Part shown: one piece after another, positions 52,521-64,000 of the stretch | Numbering within the stretch: position 1 is the first letter of the stretch | Layout: each line of letters starts with the position of its first letter | Source: Octopus sinensis | Taxonomy: Eukaryota | Assembly: GCF_006345805.1 (NCBI RefSeq) | Contig: NC_043015.1 | Location: forward strand, 19,530,001-19,594,000 | DNA: 64,000 nucleotides | Direction of reading: 5' to 3' | Translations under genes and position numbers: made by a program | Notes under the pieces: generated by a model | Database searches by the model: none | The model's input: the letters and a program-made list of their open reading frames with translations, nothing else | What the model was told of the DNA's origin: nothing

Positions 52521-53134
52521 ATATGCAAGAACCTATCGTGTGTTTAGTATCCAGAATACTCCCAGAAGTAGTTTTCTGATGACCATATTGTTAAGATCAT
52601 TAACTCTTTTAACCTACCAGTAGGCATTAGCGGAAACGATTTCGTCTGACTATTATACTTCTAGAAGACGCAAAAACGTGCGGTCTCATGGTTTTCATTA
52701 TACGATTGGCAGAAACATCGTCCGTTTTCAGTTGTGAGCCCAAAACCACGTGACCTCCAGCTTTTACGTCTTCCAGGGGCATCGTAGTCAAGCGAAATTG
52801 CGCTTGCTAAAGAGTAGTCGCGAATTCAGACATGTTATTGCTTCGATTCTTGCTGTTCTGCGTGAATTATTCAGTTTGGAAGACATCTGCACGCATCAGC
52901 AAATAATTTTAGTGATTTTTATAAAAAGGAGCTCTTGTTAGATCCATCGGTCCGATGAAATAGTGTTAACTGGGGAAACAAGCAATAAGGCCGAAACGCC
53001 GCAGTATCACAAAGTCCCCTTACACTGGTGAATCGTGTGTGCTATGATCGCGCATCGTTTAAAGACAGATGCTTTCTTATAACGGAAAGCAACGGCGATC
53101 AAATATCCACGTTCAAGTTTTCTAGAATGTAATA

Positions 53135-53700
53135 TTGGGTTGTCCGGAAAGTTCGTGCCGATTTTTAAAGGAAAGAAAAAGGTCAATAATAAATACCTGC
53201 CATTACATTTTTAATCAACCTAATATGAACCATTTTGTTGTACAATGCGTCTCCATCTTTCCTTTAATTCGAAAATACCCTCTTCCCAGAATTGAGGTGG
53301 TTTCATGGCAAAGAATTCATCTAGGTTTATTTTTACGTCATCCAAGGAATTGAAATTTTTACCATTAAGACTATTCTGCAGAGACCTGAACCAGCGGAAA
53401 TTCGAAGGAACAATATCTGGTGAATATGGAGGGTGGGGTTACACATCCCAGCCGAGCTGCAGCAATTTTTGTCTGGTCTCCAAAGCATCAAGTGCGGAAA
53501 ATGAACTTTCTCATCTTCCATTTTAAAGGGTTACAGAATTAACACAGGTTATAGGAATATAAATCTTCTTCCACGAAAAGGTAGCTTATACTGTGCTCTA
53601 AATGGCGGTGTAGTCTAATCTTATATTATGGACTCAATGTTCTAAAATAAGTCGAAAGGTAAGCTACTATAAATCGACACGAACTTTCCGGACAACTCAA
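53135..53700 (-). mobile_element. Internally deleted mariner
   Basis: 30-bp TIRs (2 mismatches) ttgggttgtccggaaagttcgtgccgattt; TA TSD at 53133-34 and 53701-02; N-terminal MEDEKVHFPHLML fused to …HPPYSPDIVPSNF…FRSLQNSLNGKNF…ERWRRIVQQNG. Confidence 0.95.
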
Positions 53701-54414
53701 TAAGAATGAATAGATATGAAATTGCTTGGATTGTCGCTCTTCTGTGAACACCTCATCAGCATGCTTCGGCAAATAATTTGTTTGATTTCTATAAACAAGA
53801 GCTTGTACACTTGTTAGGTCCGATCGATTGGTTCGGTGGATTAGCTTTGATTGAGGAGACACACAATAAGAGCGAAACGCCATGAAGTCTCAGTCACCTT
53901 ACAACAATGAATCGCGCTAGCTATGAGCACAGGTTGACTAAAGATATGAGGTGTTCTCCGATGACGCAAAACAACAACGTTTGAATCTGCCAGATCGTAT
54001 CAGTAACGAAGAGATACGCTATTATTTGAATTCTCGCTGTTCTGCGTGGACCCCGTGAATTTGTGACTATTGCTATTAAAAGCTATGCTAAAAATACTAA
54101 CGTCTGTCATGTACGCTTTGGAATTCCTGACTTGCAAAACTTGATACATATTTACATTTAGTACAATATCTAATTGTGTTTTATCTAATCGTGTTATAGG
54201 AATATATAAAAGTAAGTCAGTCTGACACAATGTCTTTTTCTTTCGTTTGGCGGTGTTTTTGTTTTATTTTTTCAACGAAACACTATCTTTATCTTTGCAG
54301 ACGCGATACAACGATTATAATTATGAGAAGAGAATTATGTGAATGACAAAAATGTACGTGTGTGTGTGTGTTTCTCTCTATAAAATTCACTCACAAGGTA
54401 CTGGTGGCCTTAGG

Positions 54415-55052
54415 AAGCGCTGGGTTAACCATTATGCAAAATAAGCACGTGCTTAGAGCATCAAAGGAATGATGGGTACCACAAGAATGGTATATGGTTC
54501 ACGACACAAAAGAAATCACTTTAAACTTGCTAGAATAATATTCAAAGTTGTTTGTATGATCGGAAATATAAATTCGAAGTGTTCATGGTTTCATAGTGAG
54601 GATCTGATCAAAGACTTTGCAATTAAAACAAAAAGTGGGAGAAATTTTTTAAAATATAAGTAACTTGGATGTGCAAAACGTAAACATAATTTTGCATCTT
54701 ACTAAGGCGCTGAATTGGCAGAACCGTTTGCACGCCGGGCGAAATGCTTAGGGATATTTCGTCCTTCTTTACGTTCTGAGTTCAGATTCCACCGAGGTCG
54801 ACTCTGCCTTTCGTTCCTCGGGGTCATAACTTAAATACTAATGAAACACTGGGATCGATTTAATCCCCTAAAATTTCAGACCTTGTGCCTATGCTAGAAA
54901 CAATTATTTTCCATTTTACTATTTGTCTTGTTTAATTTTTGAAGCGTAAAATTTTATTTTATAGTTTATTGTTGCTTATATTTTAAATTACATTTATGTG
55001 GGGTCACCAAAATCTAAGTGCTTAGGGCCTCTATGGTACTTAATCCGGCCCT
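54415..55052. mobile_element. Decayed hAT-like MITE interrupted by a family B SINE (~54705-54900)
   Basis: Right end ttaatccggccctg; left end gggttaaccattatgcaaaataagcacgtgcttag; shared gtgcttag.gc motif near both ends. Confidence 0.45.
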
Positions 55053-55134
55053 GGGGCTCCCCGGGCTATAGTAGAAGACATTTGCCTAAGATCACACACA
55101 CACACGCATACACACACATATATTCTTTTATTTT

Positions 55135-55307
55135 ATTCGTTTGTCATTTAACTGCGGCCATGATGGAGCACCGCCTTTAGTCGAGCAAATCGATCCTAGG
55201 ACTTATTCTTTGTAAGCCTAGTACTTATTCTAGTACTTTTGCCGAACCGGTAAGTTACGGAGACGTAAACACACCAGCATCGGTTGTCAAGCGATGTTGG
55301 GGGACAC

Positions 55308-55366
<59 letters not shown>

Positions 55367-55525
55367 CGACGGGCTTCTTTTAGTTTCCGTCTGCCAAATC
55401 CACTCACAAGGCTTTGGTCGGCCCGAAGCTATAATAGAAGACACTTGCCCAAGGTGCCACGCAGTGAGACTGAACCCAGAGTCATGTGGTTGATAAGCAA
55501 GCTACTAACCACCCAGCCACTCCTA
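55135..55525 (-). mobile_element. SINE family A, full length; another copy at ~55855-56140 (-)
   Basis: Direct comparison with other copies. Confidence 0.88.
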
Positions 55526-56513
55526 TAGATTAATAATAAGAACAGAGATTTATACATCCAGTTTTATTCTGCTGTCAATCACGTCTTTCCACTTCTGCAC
55601 CCACATGTTTCTGCTGCAATGTAGTGCACACTGCAAAGTTTTACACTTTGGTGTTAATTGCCGCTTCTTCAAGGTGCTATTAACGGCGTTTCAGAGCCAG
55701 TCTGAACTAAATACAAGTCCAGCCAAAATATTTCATACACGTGGTGTTAGTAGAGCCAAACTAGATAGGAGAGGAAGCAAACGGTGAGAATCGTGTGTTG
55801 AAGAAATTTAGCAAATTCTTTAATCAAAATACAAATTCATAAACCATAGACGCGAGTATTTATTCTATCGGTTTCTTTTGCCGAACCGCAAAGTTGCAGG
55901 GCCGTAAACACACCGACACCAGTTGTCAAACGGTGGAGGGGCACAAACACAAACCCAAAGATATATATACATGCATGCACACGACGGGCTTCATTCAGTT
56001 TCCGTCAGCCAAATCCACTCACAAGACTTTGCTCGGCCCGAGGCTACAGTAGAAGACACTTGTTCAAGGTTCCACGCAGCGGCACTGAACCCGGAACCAT
56101 ATGGCTGGGGAGCAAGCATCTTACCACACAGCCACGCCTATATATATATAAATTTAAATTGTTTCAGACACCGCCTTTAAGAACTTTAGTCGAACGCTAT
56201 TTCCCATGCTGATTGAATAAATTGTCTAATTGATCGTTCAACGGGATGGTCATTTGTCGAAATAGACAGGAGAGTCCATCAATATTTGCAAGAAATAGTA
56301 GTCATATCTCCCTAAAATTCCAAACTCCTCTTTTACAAAATGCAGATTTCATAATATGGCCCAAGGTTACCAGCACATACGAAACATACGGGATGGTCAC
56401 GACTGGAATAGTTGTCATCAAAGATTTGCTCCGAGATGACTGGCCTGGAACTAAACTACAAGAATCTACCTCAAAGACTACTTTCTTTAGTGTGTGTGAA
56501 TGAATAAATAAAT

Positions 56514-56562
<49 letters not shown>

Positions 56563-57265
56563 TTTGTCTCAGAGACCATAAGTCAGGGAAAAGATGCACT
56601 CGTATATCAGTCAATAAAGTGGGTATATTATACGATATGTATAGTAGGATATATAATACATTTCGGATGATATATACGTAACAGAAATATGCTCATTTAT
56701 TTGTTACTAAATACAATACCATTGCTAAAGGTCTCATCTTCAAGATAGCATGTTAGCGCTTTTGTACTTGTGTGTGCACACGCACGCGCGTATTATGTCA
56801 GAAGTTGACAGTCTATTCAGTTTCACTCTTAAGTAAACTATCAACTTTTGATATAATAAATATAACTATTTACACTAGCCAATGCATTGAATTCACTATC
56901 AAATATGTTTGAATCAAATACGTAAAATGCATTTGTAAAATATTATCATAAGAGATTTTTTAACACTTACATTACATACACATACTTAGACACAAAGACA
57001 TATACATACGTATGTATAAAATACCTGCACATATACATGTGTATACATACGTATGTATACATGTGTATACATAGATGCGTATACATACGTATGTATAATA
57101 TACATACACATATACATGTGTGTGTGTGTATTTGTGTGTCGCAAAAGAGATCGATGGAATAAGTACTAAGCTTACAAAGAATAGGTCTTCAGGTCAATTT
57201 GTTCTACTAAAGACGGTACTCCAGCATGGCCGCAGTGAAATGACTGAAACCAGTTAAAGAAATGA

Positions 57266-57319
<54 letters not shown>

Positions 57320-57871
57320 CCTAAGGCGGTGCCATTCTTTTTCGCGTTACCTTCAAACGTACTGGACACGATTTTCTCAGCTCGCCCCCCTGTGTATAGT
57401 CCTTTAGGACAGTTTCCATTTCTCCTTCGCGTTATCCATTTTTGTCTTTGAGCCTCAAGGCTTTACGTTGTATGCTTTATCATTATCAATTCTTGTCTCC
57501 GTATGGCTCTAAGCCTTTATTCTGTTTATTCTTTTGTCCCCCGTCCGTTCACTAACGGCCTCGTCTCGAGCCCGTCTCGTTTTGGTATGTTTAGGTCCCA
57601 TTCCCGGCAAGTTCCTTGTCGATGCCTCCAGCGTGGAAGGAATATTATCGATGATGGCTGAAACTGCGTTTGACTCTTCTGGTTGATAACTGATAGAGAA
57701 TTGGTGAGCTGTTTTCTGTCCGCCTGTGTATTTAGTATTCGTTTGCTTGTTTATTTACTACGCATTTTCTTTTTTAATTATATACATAAACATGTCATAT
57801 TTTCCGTTTGTTGTCTTTTTATTTAATCCTGAAAATATTTATATAACGCATACACTCCTTAATTTTTTTTA

Positions 57872-58388
<517 letters not shown>

Positions 58389-58396
58389 GAATATAT

Positions 58397-58555
58397 AGTA
58401 ACCTCTTGACTATCGCGGGTGTTACGCTCCGAAACCCCACACGATAGGGGGAAATCCGCGAAGTGGAAACAGTACTGTATATTTTTTTGCATTTTCACGT
58501 AAGCTTAAATAATAAACCGCGATAGGTGAACCGCAATATGGCGAGGGATTACTCT
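58397..58555. mobile_element. pogo/Tigger-like MITE
   Basis: Imperfect TIRs agtaacctcttgactatcgcgg / ccgcaatatggcgagggattact with an internal ccgcga(a/t)ag repeat. Confidence 0.6.
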
Positions 58556-58648
58556 GTGTGTGTGTGTATGTGTATATATATATATATAGTGTGTGTGTAT
58601 CGTTGGCGATTTTCTTCCTCCGTCTTTCCTTTCTTTGGACTTTCCTCT

Positions 58649-58683
58649 ATTGCTGAAGAAGAGCTTTGCTCGAAACGTTAAAT
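58649..58683 (+). ncRNA. Candidate minimal type-I hammerhead ribozyme
   Basis: ATTG-CTGAAGA-A-GAGC-TTT-GCTC-GAAAC-GTT-AAAT. Intact core, 4-bp stem II, loopless ACGU helix III, 3 of 4 stem I pairs; within a ~185 bp unit (58598-58780) flanked by microsatellite. Confidence 0.6.
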
Positions 58684-58778
58684 CCCCTTTCCTTCCTTTC
58701 CTGAGCGTCTGATAATACAGTATTTGTACCACGTCATCACGATATTGCTTTTTCTTGTTTGTTCTTCTTTGTTTTGAT

Positions 58779-58779
<1 letters not shown>

Positions 58780-58841
<62 letters not shown>

Positions 58842-58970
58842 GTATATGTATATATGTATATGTATGTATGTATATATGTGTATGTATGTGTATATGTATG
58901 TATGTATATATGTATGTATGTATATATGTATGTATGTCTATATATATGTATGTATGTATGTATGTATAAA
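58780..58970. repeat. (TA)n(TATG)n microsatellite; similar tract at ~60590-60880
   Basis: Direct reading. Confidence 0.95.
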
Positions 58971-59556
58971 ATGTATGCAGAGAAAGAGAGAGTATACCGG
59001 GCTCCCACAGTTTCTCTCTACGAAACTTACTCAGAAGGCATTGTTCGACGTCAGTCAATAATGGAAGACGCTTCTCCAAGGCGCCGCGCAGTGTGAGCGA
59101 ACCCGAAACCAAAGTATTGCAAACCTAGCTTTTTAACCACATAACTATGCCTACGCCTTTGCAATTATACACATATTTGTGTGTTTTCTGGCAATAATAA
59201 ATATAAAAAATTCCATTATAGAAATATCATAATAGTAATGATGATGATAATAATTTCTGGTCGTTTTTCAATATGTTTAGGCCAACCCACTCCCAATAAA
59301 TAATAGGAATGTGTCAGGAAGAATCTTACGCTAAATCGACAAAAGCATTTTCGTGTTGTAAAGGAATAACATAGGTTTTGTGGAGTGACTCAAGACCAAT
59401 GTCTTTCTTTATTTGTTAAAATACTGCGTGGCAACCGCCTCCAGAGACTCGTTCGATCCCAAACTTTGTATTGTAAAGTACTTAGAGTATATTGTCGTAC
59501 ATAGCACAAAATAATAATAATAATAATAATAATGGTGACGATAATAATAATAATAA

Positions 59557-59830
59557 TTACAGAGACTGTGGAAAGTGCGGGTAAGATGTATCCCAGTAAT
59601 TATAGGTGCATTGGGAACTATTCCTAAAGATCTGAACAGATGGACATAGGAAATGGGCATAAAACCCATTTTTGTACAGCTGCAGAAATCAGTGATAATA
59701 GCGACAGCTAGGATACTTAGGAGGGTTCTTGGCATTTAAGGTTACTTGCTGGAGGGTTCTTGGCATCTAGGGCTACTTGTTGTAGGGCTACCGATGTTAG
59801 GATTCTTTTCTTTCTAACAGTCTAATCTGT
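59557..59830 (+). mobile_element. R4/Dong-clade LINE 3' fragment (endonuclease C-terminus)
   Basis: LQRLWKVRVRCIPVIIGALGTIPKDLNRWT*EMGIKPIFVQLQKSVIIATARILRRVLGI* (59557-59739), preceded by (TAA)n. Confidence 0.85.
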
Positions 59831-59854
59831 TGAGTGTATTATAATGGTTTCAAA

Positions 59855-60032
59855 ATTTGCCTCAAGGACCGCAATTTTGTGGGGAGGGGATGAGTCGATT
59901 ACATCGACCCCCAGTACACAACTGGTCATTATTTTATCGACCCCGGCGGCATTTGAATTCAGAACGTAAAGACAGACGAATACCACAAAGCATTACGCCC
60001 AGCATGCTAACAATTCTACCAGCCTGCCGCCT
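59855..60032 (-). mobile_element. SINE family B (internally deleted)
   Basis: Direct comparison with other copies. Confidence 0.75.
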
Positions 60033-60769
60033 TAAACGCATTTATAATGTCTATCTATCTATCTAGTATTATTCTGCACGTTTATAATGGCACAAATTAA
60101 TACTAGATAGATATAGACATAAACGAGATACTGTGCATACTTAGTCCCAAGACAGCTCTGAATAATGGAACCTATGACAAAGGCCATACCATCCGATACG
60201 CACGCATATCACAGACGACGAATAAATTACACCAAATACAGTAAAATTTACATAACTGTGTAATATATTTTGCGGATCAATAATCAAAATATTTAACAAG
60301 TGAAATGAAAAGAAATTATTATTTAGGCATATTTTTTTTTTTGATAGATAAAAGAGGTGTTTTTTAAAGCTTAAACATTTTTTTATATTTTTGATTTATA
60401 TATATATTTTGATGTCGTGAGAACAAAACTAAATTTTTAAATAAAATTTTTAATGTCCAGTGAAGCGTGAACGTTTGAGATGGTTTTTTTTATTCAAAGC
60501 TAGTGAAAAGGGTGCATTTTTTGATATATTAGTTTTATTATCTGAAAATTAGATTAGCAGATGGAAAATCGACACACAGACAGGTGTGCATGTATACATG
60601 TGGTGTGTGTGTATGTATGTATATATATATATGTACATACCTACATATATCTATATATATACATGTACATACCTATATATATATTTTCACATATATATAT
60701 GTACATATCTATCTATCTATATATATATACATGTACATACCTACATATATATATATGTACATACATAAC

Positions 60770-60842
<73 letters not shown>

Positions 60843-60883
60843 TGTACATACCTACATATATATGTATATATACATGCATATAT

Positions 60884-61512
60884 TGGTGCAGGACATAAAA
60901 AAAACGCTGAACACAATGAGAAACAAAAACATAGAAACGGACTTTTCTTCGAACAACGAAAAAAATCAGAGAAACGAGACATGCAGCATATAGAATATTC
61001 TTCATCAGTTGTCCCTGTTTTATCTACTCCACGTTACGAAGGTAAGGATAATACGCGACTTCTTTGAAACGGTCCTTCCCGCAAAGCAAATTAAATAAAA
61101 TTTGGGATTTTTTGCGGAGGGGGAAAGTGGTAACAAGAACAGGACAATGAGAACAAGACAATAAAAACAAACGGTGAGGGCTGTTAACCCAAGACGATAG
61201 AAAAAATTATCATGAACTCTAGGAGCTTATGAGAGGAGACAGATATAAGCACGTCTTGTCTTTAAGAAGGAAATGGACAGAAAGATAGATTTCCTTTCGT
61301 CACGTGTCAACGACGAGAGAGTCAAGGAGGAAGAGAGAGAGAGGGAACGGTGAAGAGGAGAGAAGAATAGGGAAGGGTGGGAGAGAAAACCGGAAAGGAT
61401 GAAGAACAAGAGAGGGGGAGAGATAGACAGAGAAGAGATAGTAGAGATAGAAGAGTGCGCATCCTAATTATTAAGATAAACCTTGGAAAAGGATGCGTGG
61501 CGTTCGATCATA
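60884..61512 (-). mobile_element. ~650 bp interspersed repeat (copy 2 of 5655-6330)
   Basis: Colinear shared blocks as listed for copy 1. Confidence 0.6.
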
Positions 61513-64000
61513 TAAGAACTGTGTTAAAGGTACGCGTGTCTGTGGAGTACTCAACCACTTGCATGTAAATTTCACGAGCAGGCTGTTCCGTTGATCGGAT
61601 CAAAGGGAATACTGGTTGCACTCATCACCGTAACCGATGGGTAACCAGGCCACCTCGTAAAAAAAAAGAAGAAAAAAAACAAAGCATCAGTCCTAAACGC
61701 ACTTTGTCTGAATTAAGGAAGAGAAGGTCATGGCCTTAGGTTTGCTCGACCAGAACTGGCTTAGAATTAAACAACAACAACAACTCCATGTGCGAAGCGT
61801 GGTTCTGTATTGAAGTCATTCATGATTTGACTCGAACTTATATTCTGTCGATGTGAAGATGGGTCAGCCCGAAGGAGCATTAGCCCATTGCCTGCCATGA
61901 GGCCCATTTGGGGATTTACTAAAAACAGTCTCACTGCCGGTTGTTCGTTGTATTTAAAGTGAATTACTTATGTATATTGCACTTGCAGAGGTGAGTTTAA
62001 CAATATTTAGTAATTAAAGTTTCTCATTATTAACTCTGGCTAATTCTACAGGACATTTTATGTCATAAATCGCAATTTTTGAACAACAAAAATATAGACT
62101 GTTATGAAAACGTTTTTTTTGGGGGGAGGGGGGATTTTTCTTGCATTTCCCATCTATATCATTCATTGATATTTCATACACATTCGCATTTGATATTGTA
62201 GTTTTTAAAAAAACTAAGATGTTTATTATTGCAATTGAATAGAAAAGGATGTGCTTTTTCTCAGCGACCCCCGTTTGGGACTTTTAGAAAAATTTATGAT
62301 TTCCAAAATAATTCGCATGTGAAGAAAATTTAAATGCTTTGTATTATTTTAACTCCTAAAGACACCTAACAAAGCCAAAAAATATGAATAAAAAATTTGG
62401 CAGTTAATGCGTTAATTGACGTCATTGCCGGAAGTATGGTTCAAATGAATTCAAAAACACTATTGTCAGTCACTCATAGCTTGTCCCAGCCCGACTCAAC
62501 AAAGAAAAACTGTCTACTTTACACATTTTTTTCTTCAGCCCCAGGACTCATAAGGCCAATTACCCGGTTCCTATAGCGTATAAGTGACTGAGATCATAAC
62601 ATAACCCTGGATGGGACTCATTATTCAATATGGCTATCCTATTTTAAGATAGTACTTTGTGATTTGAGGGATATTTGGCTGCTATTATTAGCAAAGCTAA
62701 GAACAAAGCATTAGATTGCTTATCGCTAGCAGCATTAGATTGCATATTGATAGCCTGGTGGGGAGTTTCCAGAAAATGAAATGTAGAACAAAGACAAAAT
62801 CTGCTAAAAAGACAGATGGACCGAACATAGGGTCAACGATTATCCAGCAAAAAGCGATTTGGAATTTTGAAGAGATATTTATAAGGCCCATATTTATTTT
62901 TTACATTATAAAGTGTTTCCTTTTATATTGAAACATTCTTAATAAGGATACCAGCAAAACAATAAATTTATAGCAAGGTGCAGGAATTCTATTTTTAGAA
63001 AATTCTAATTAACTTTTTGAGAAAATCAAATTCTTTTTCATCTTAGCGATACAATAATGATTTCTTGTCTGAGAAAAATATCCAAGTTAAAGAAACATTA
63101 ATTTCTGTCTGAATATAACAAAACAAACGTCCTCATTGGCTTCCGGGTGCTTATTTTATAACCCAGATAGGGAGAGGCCTGTAAGCTTATATCAAACACA
63201 CACTTTCACATCAGAAATTTATATAATAAATGACAATAAACTAACACATTTTCCAAGCATGTAGTGTGCCCTGAAGACCAGTTATTGTAAGGGGAATAAT
63301 CATTTCAAGATAAATTTTGGCGGGATTGAAAGTTTGAATTTAAAATGGAAATAAAGACGAAATTGTACATGATACACGTTTAATTTTTTTTTCTTACTCA
63401 TTACAAAAATCTTTAAATTTCTAGTCATAAATAGAATATAATGTACACATATATCCACATGTATTGATAAAACCAGTCACACACATGCAAAAATATATAG
63501 GTAGATCGATAGGTATGAATAAAATAAACATGAAAAAGGATTCAAGAGTCGAAAGTTTTGTACATGGAACGAAACTCTCGGCCTTTGAGTCGTTTCTGTA
63601 ACTTTTTGCTAATTACAAGTTTTAAAAAATATGTACGAGAGAAAACCAGTCAGAAAAGAGTACTTAATACTGGAAAAAAGTGTTAGAATTTATTGAAGAC
63701 TGAAATAAATAAAAAAATCGTTACTCAGTTTTTCGTTTCAGGAAAACGAAAGTCCATAGTAATTCTTCAGGAGTAAAGAAGATATCAGGAAAGGCCATAC
63801 TATAATATAGATAAGGGGAAAATCCAGCTGTTGTCTATAGTAGTTCTTCATAGTTAGATATACAGACAGTTCATACTCTGGTACTGCGTCGATTACAATG
63901 ACTAGGGTTCCAGTTGATCCGATCGACGGGACAGCCTGCTTCCCGTGGTTAAGCACGCCACAGACGTGCCATACCCTTAACGTAGTTCTCGGGGAAGTTC

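Noticed and set aside
60995-61045. Permuted hammerhead in the 650-bp repeat (minus-strand CTGATGA at 61002-61008 and 5784-5790)
   Set aside because: The GAAAC half is degenerate and upstream, and no consistent stems or NUH site could be built. Worth rechecking on the family consensus.
61970-61996. Strong donor CAGAG|GTGAGT with short ORF MYIALAE
   Set aside because: Phase 0 is incompatible with filamin exon 2, the phase-1 frame has a stop and no ATG, and no acceptor is evident. It could still be a non-coding exon.

Overview
AT-rich animal genomic DNA, about half microsatellite and interspersed repeat. The repeat mix (tRNA-headed SINEs with internal (TA)n(TG)n, (GATA)n, mariner MITEs, Helitrons) suggests an octopus or other coleoid; this is an inference, not a database result. 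One host gene is supported: the first coding exon (CH1 domain) of a filamin, probably jitterbug-like, on the + strand at 14139-14478, ending in a phase-1 GT donor. No downstream filamin exon (expected xDIxxGNxKLILGLIW) was found by eye, so the rest of the window appears intronic. That intron holds a candidate alternative first exon at 25295-25343 (MSAAFAEIFKPVGFSIG) with the same donor phase. Mobile DNA includes a decayed CRE-clade retrotransposon, RTE, CR1 and R4 fragments, Tc1/mariner, pogo and hAT MITEs, Helitrons and at least four SINE families. The most unusual signal is a set of unrelated short repeats each carrying a minimal type-I hammerhead-ribozyme-like core (CUGANGA-stem II-GAAA..NUH) with different stem II sequences and often a palindromic helix III, as known for Penelope-like elements and retrozymes. 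A second signal is a covarying 3' stem-loop shared by a SINE, short tail elements and a CR1 LINE end. Almost all other ORFs in the track are microsatellite or SINE artefacts. No rRNA, true tRNA or CRISPR array is supported. Repeat boundaries are approximate unless TSDs or termini are given.
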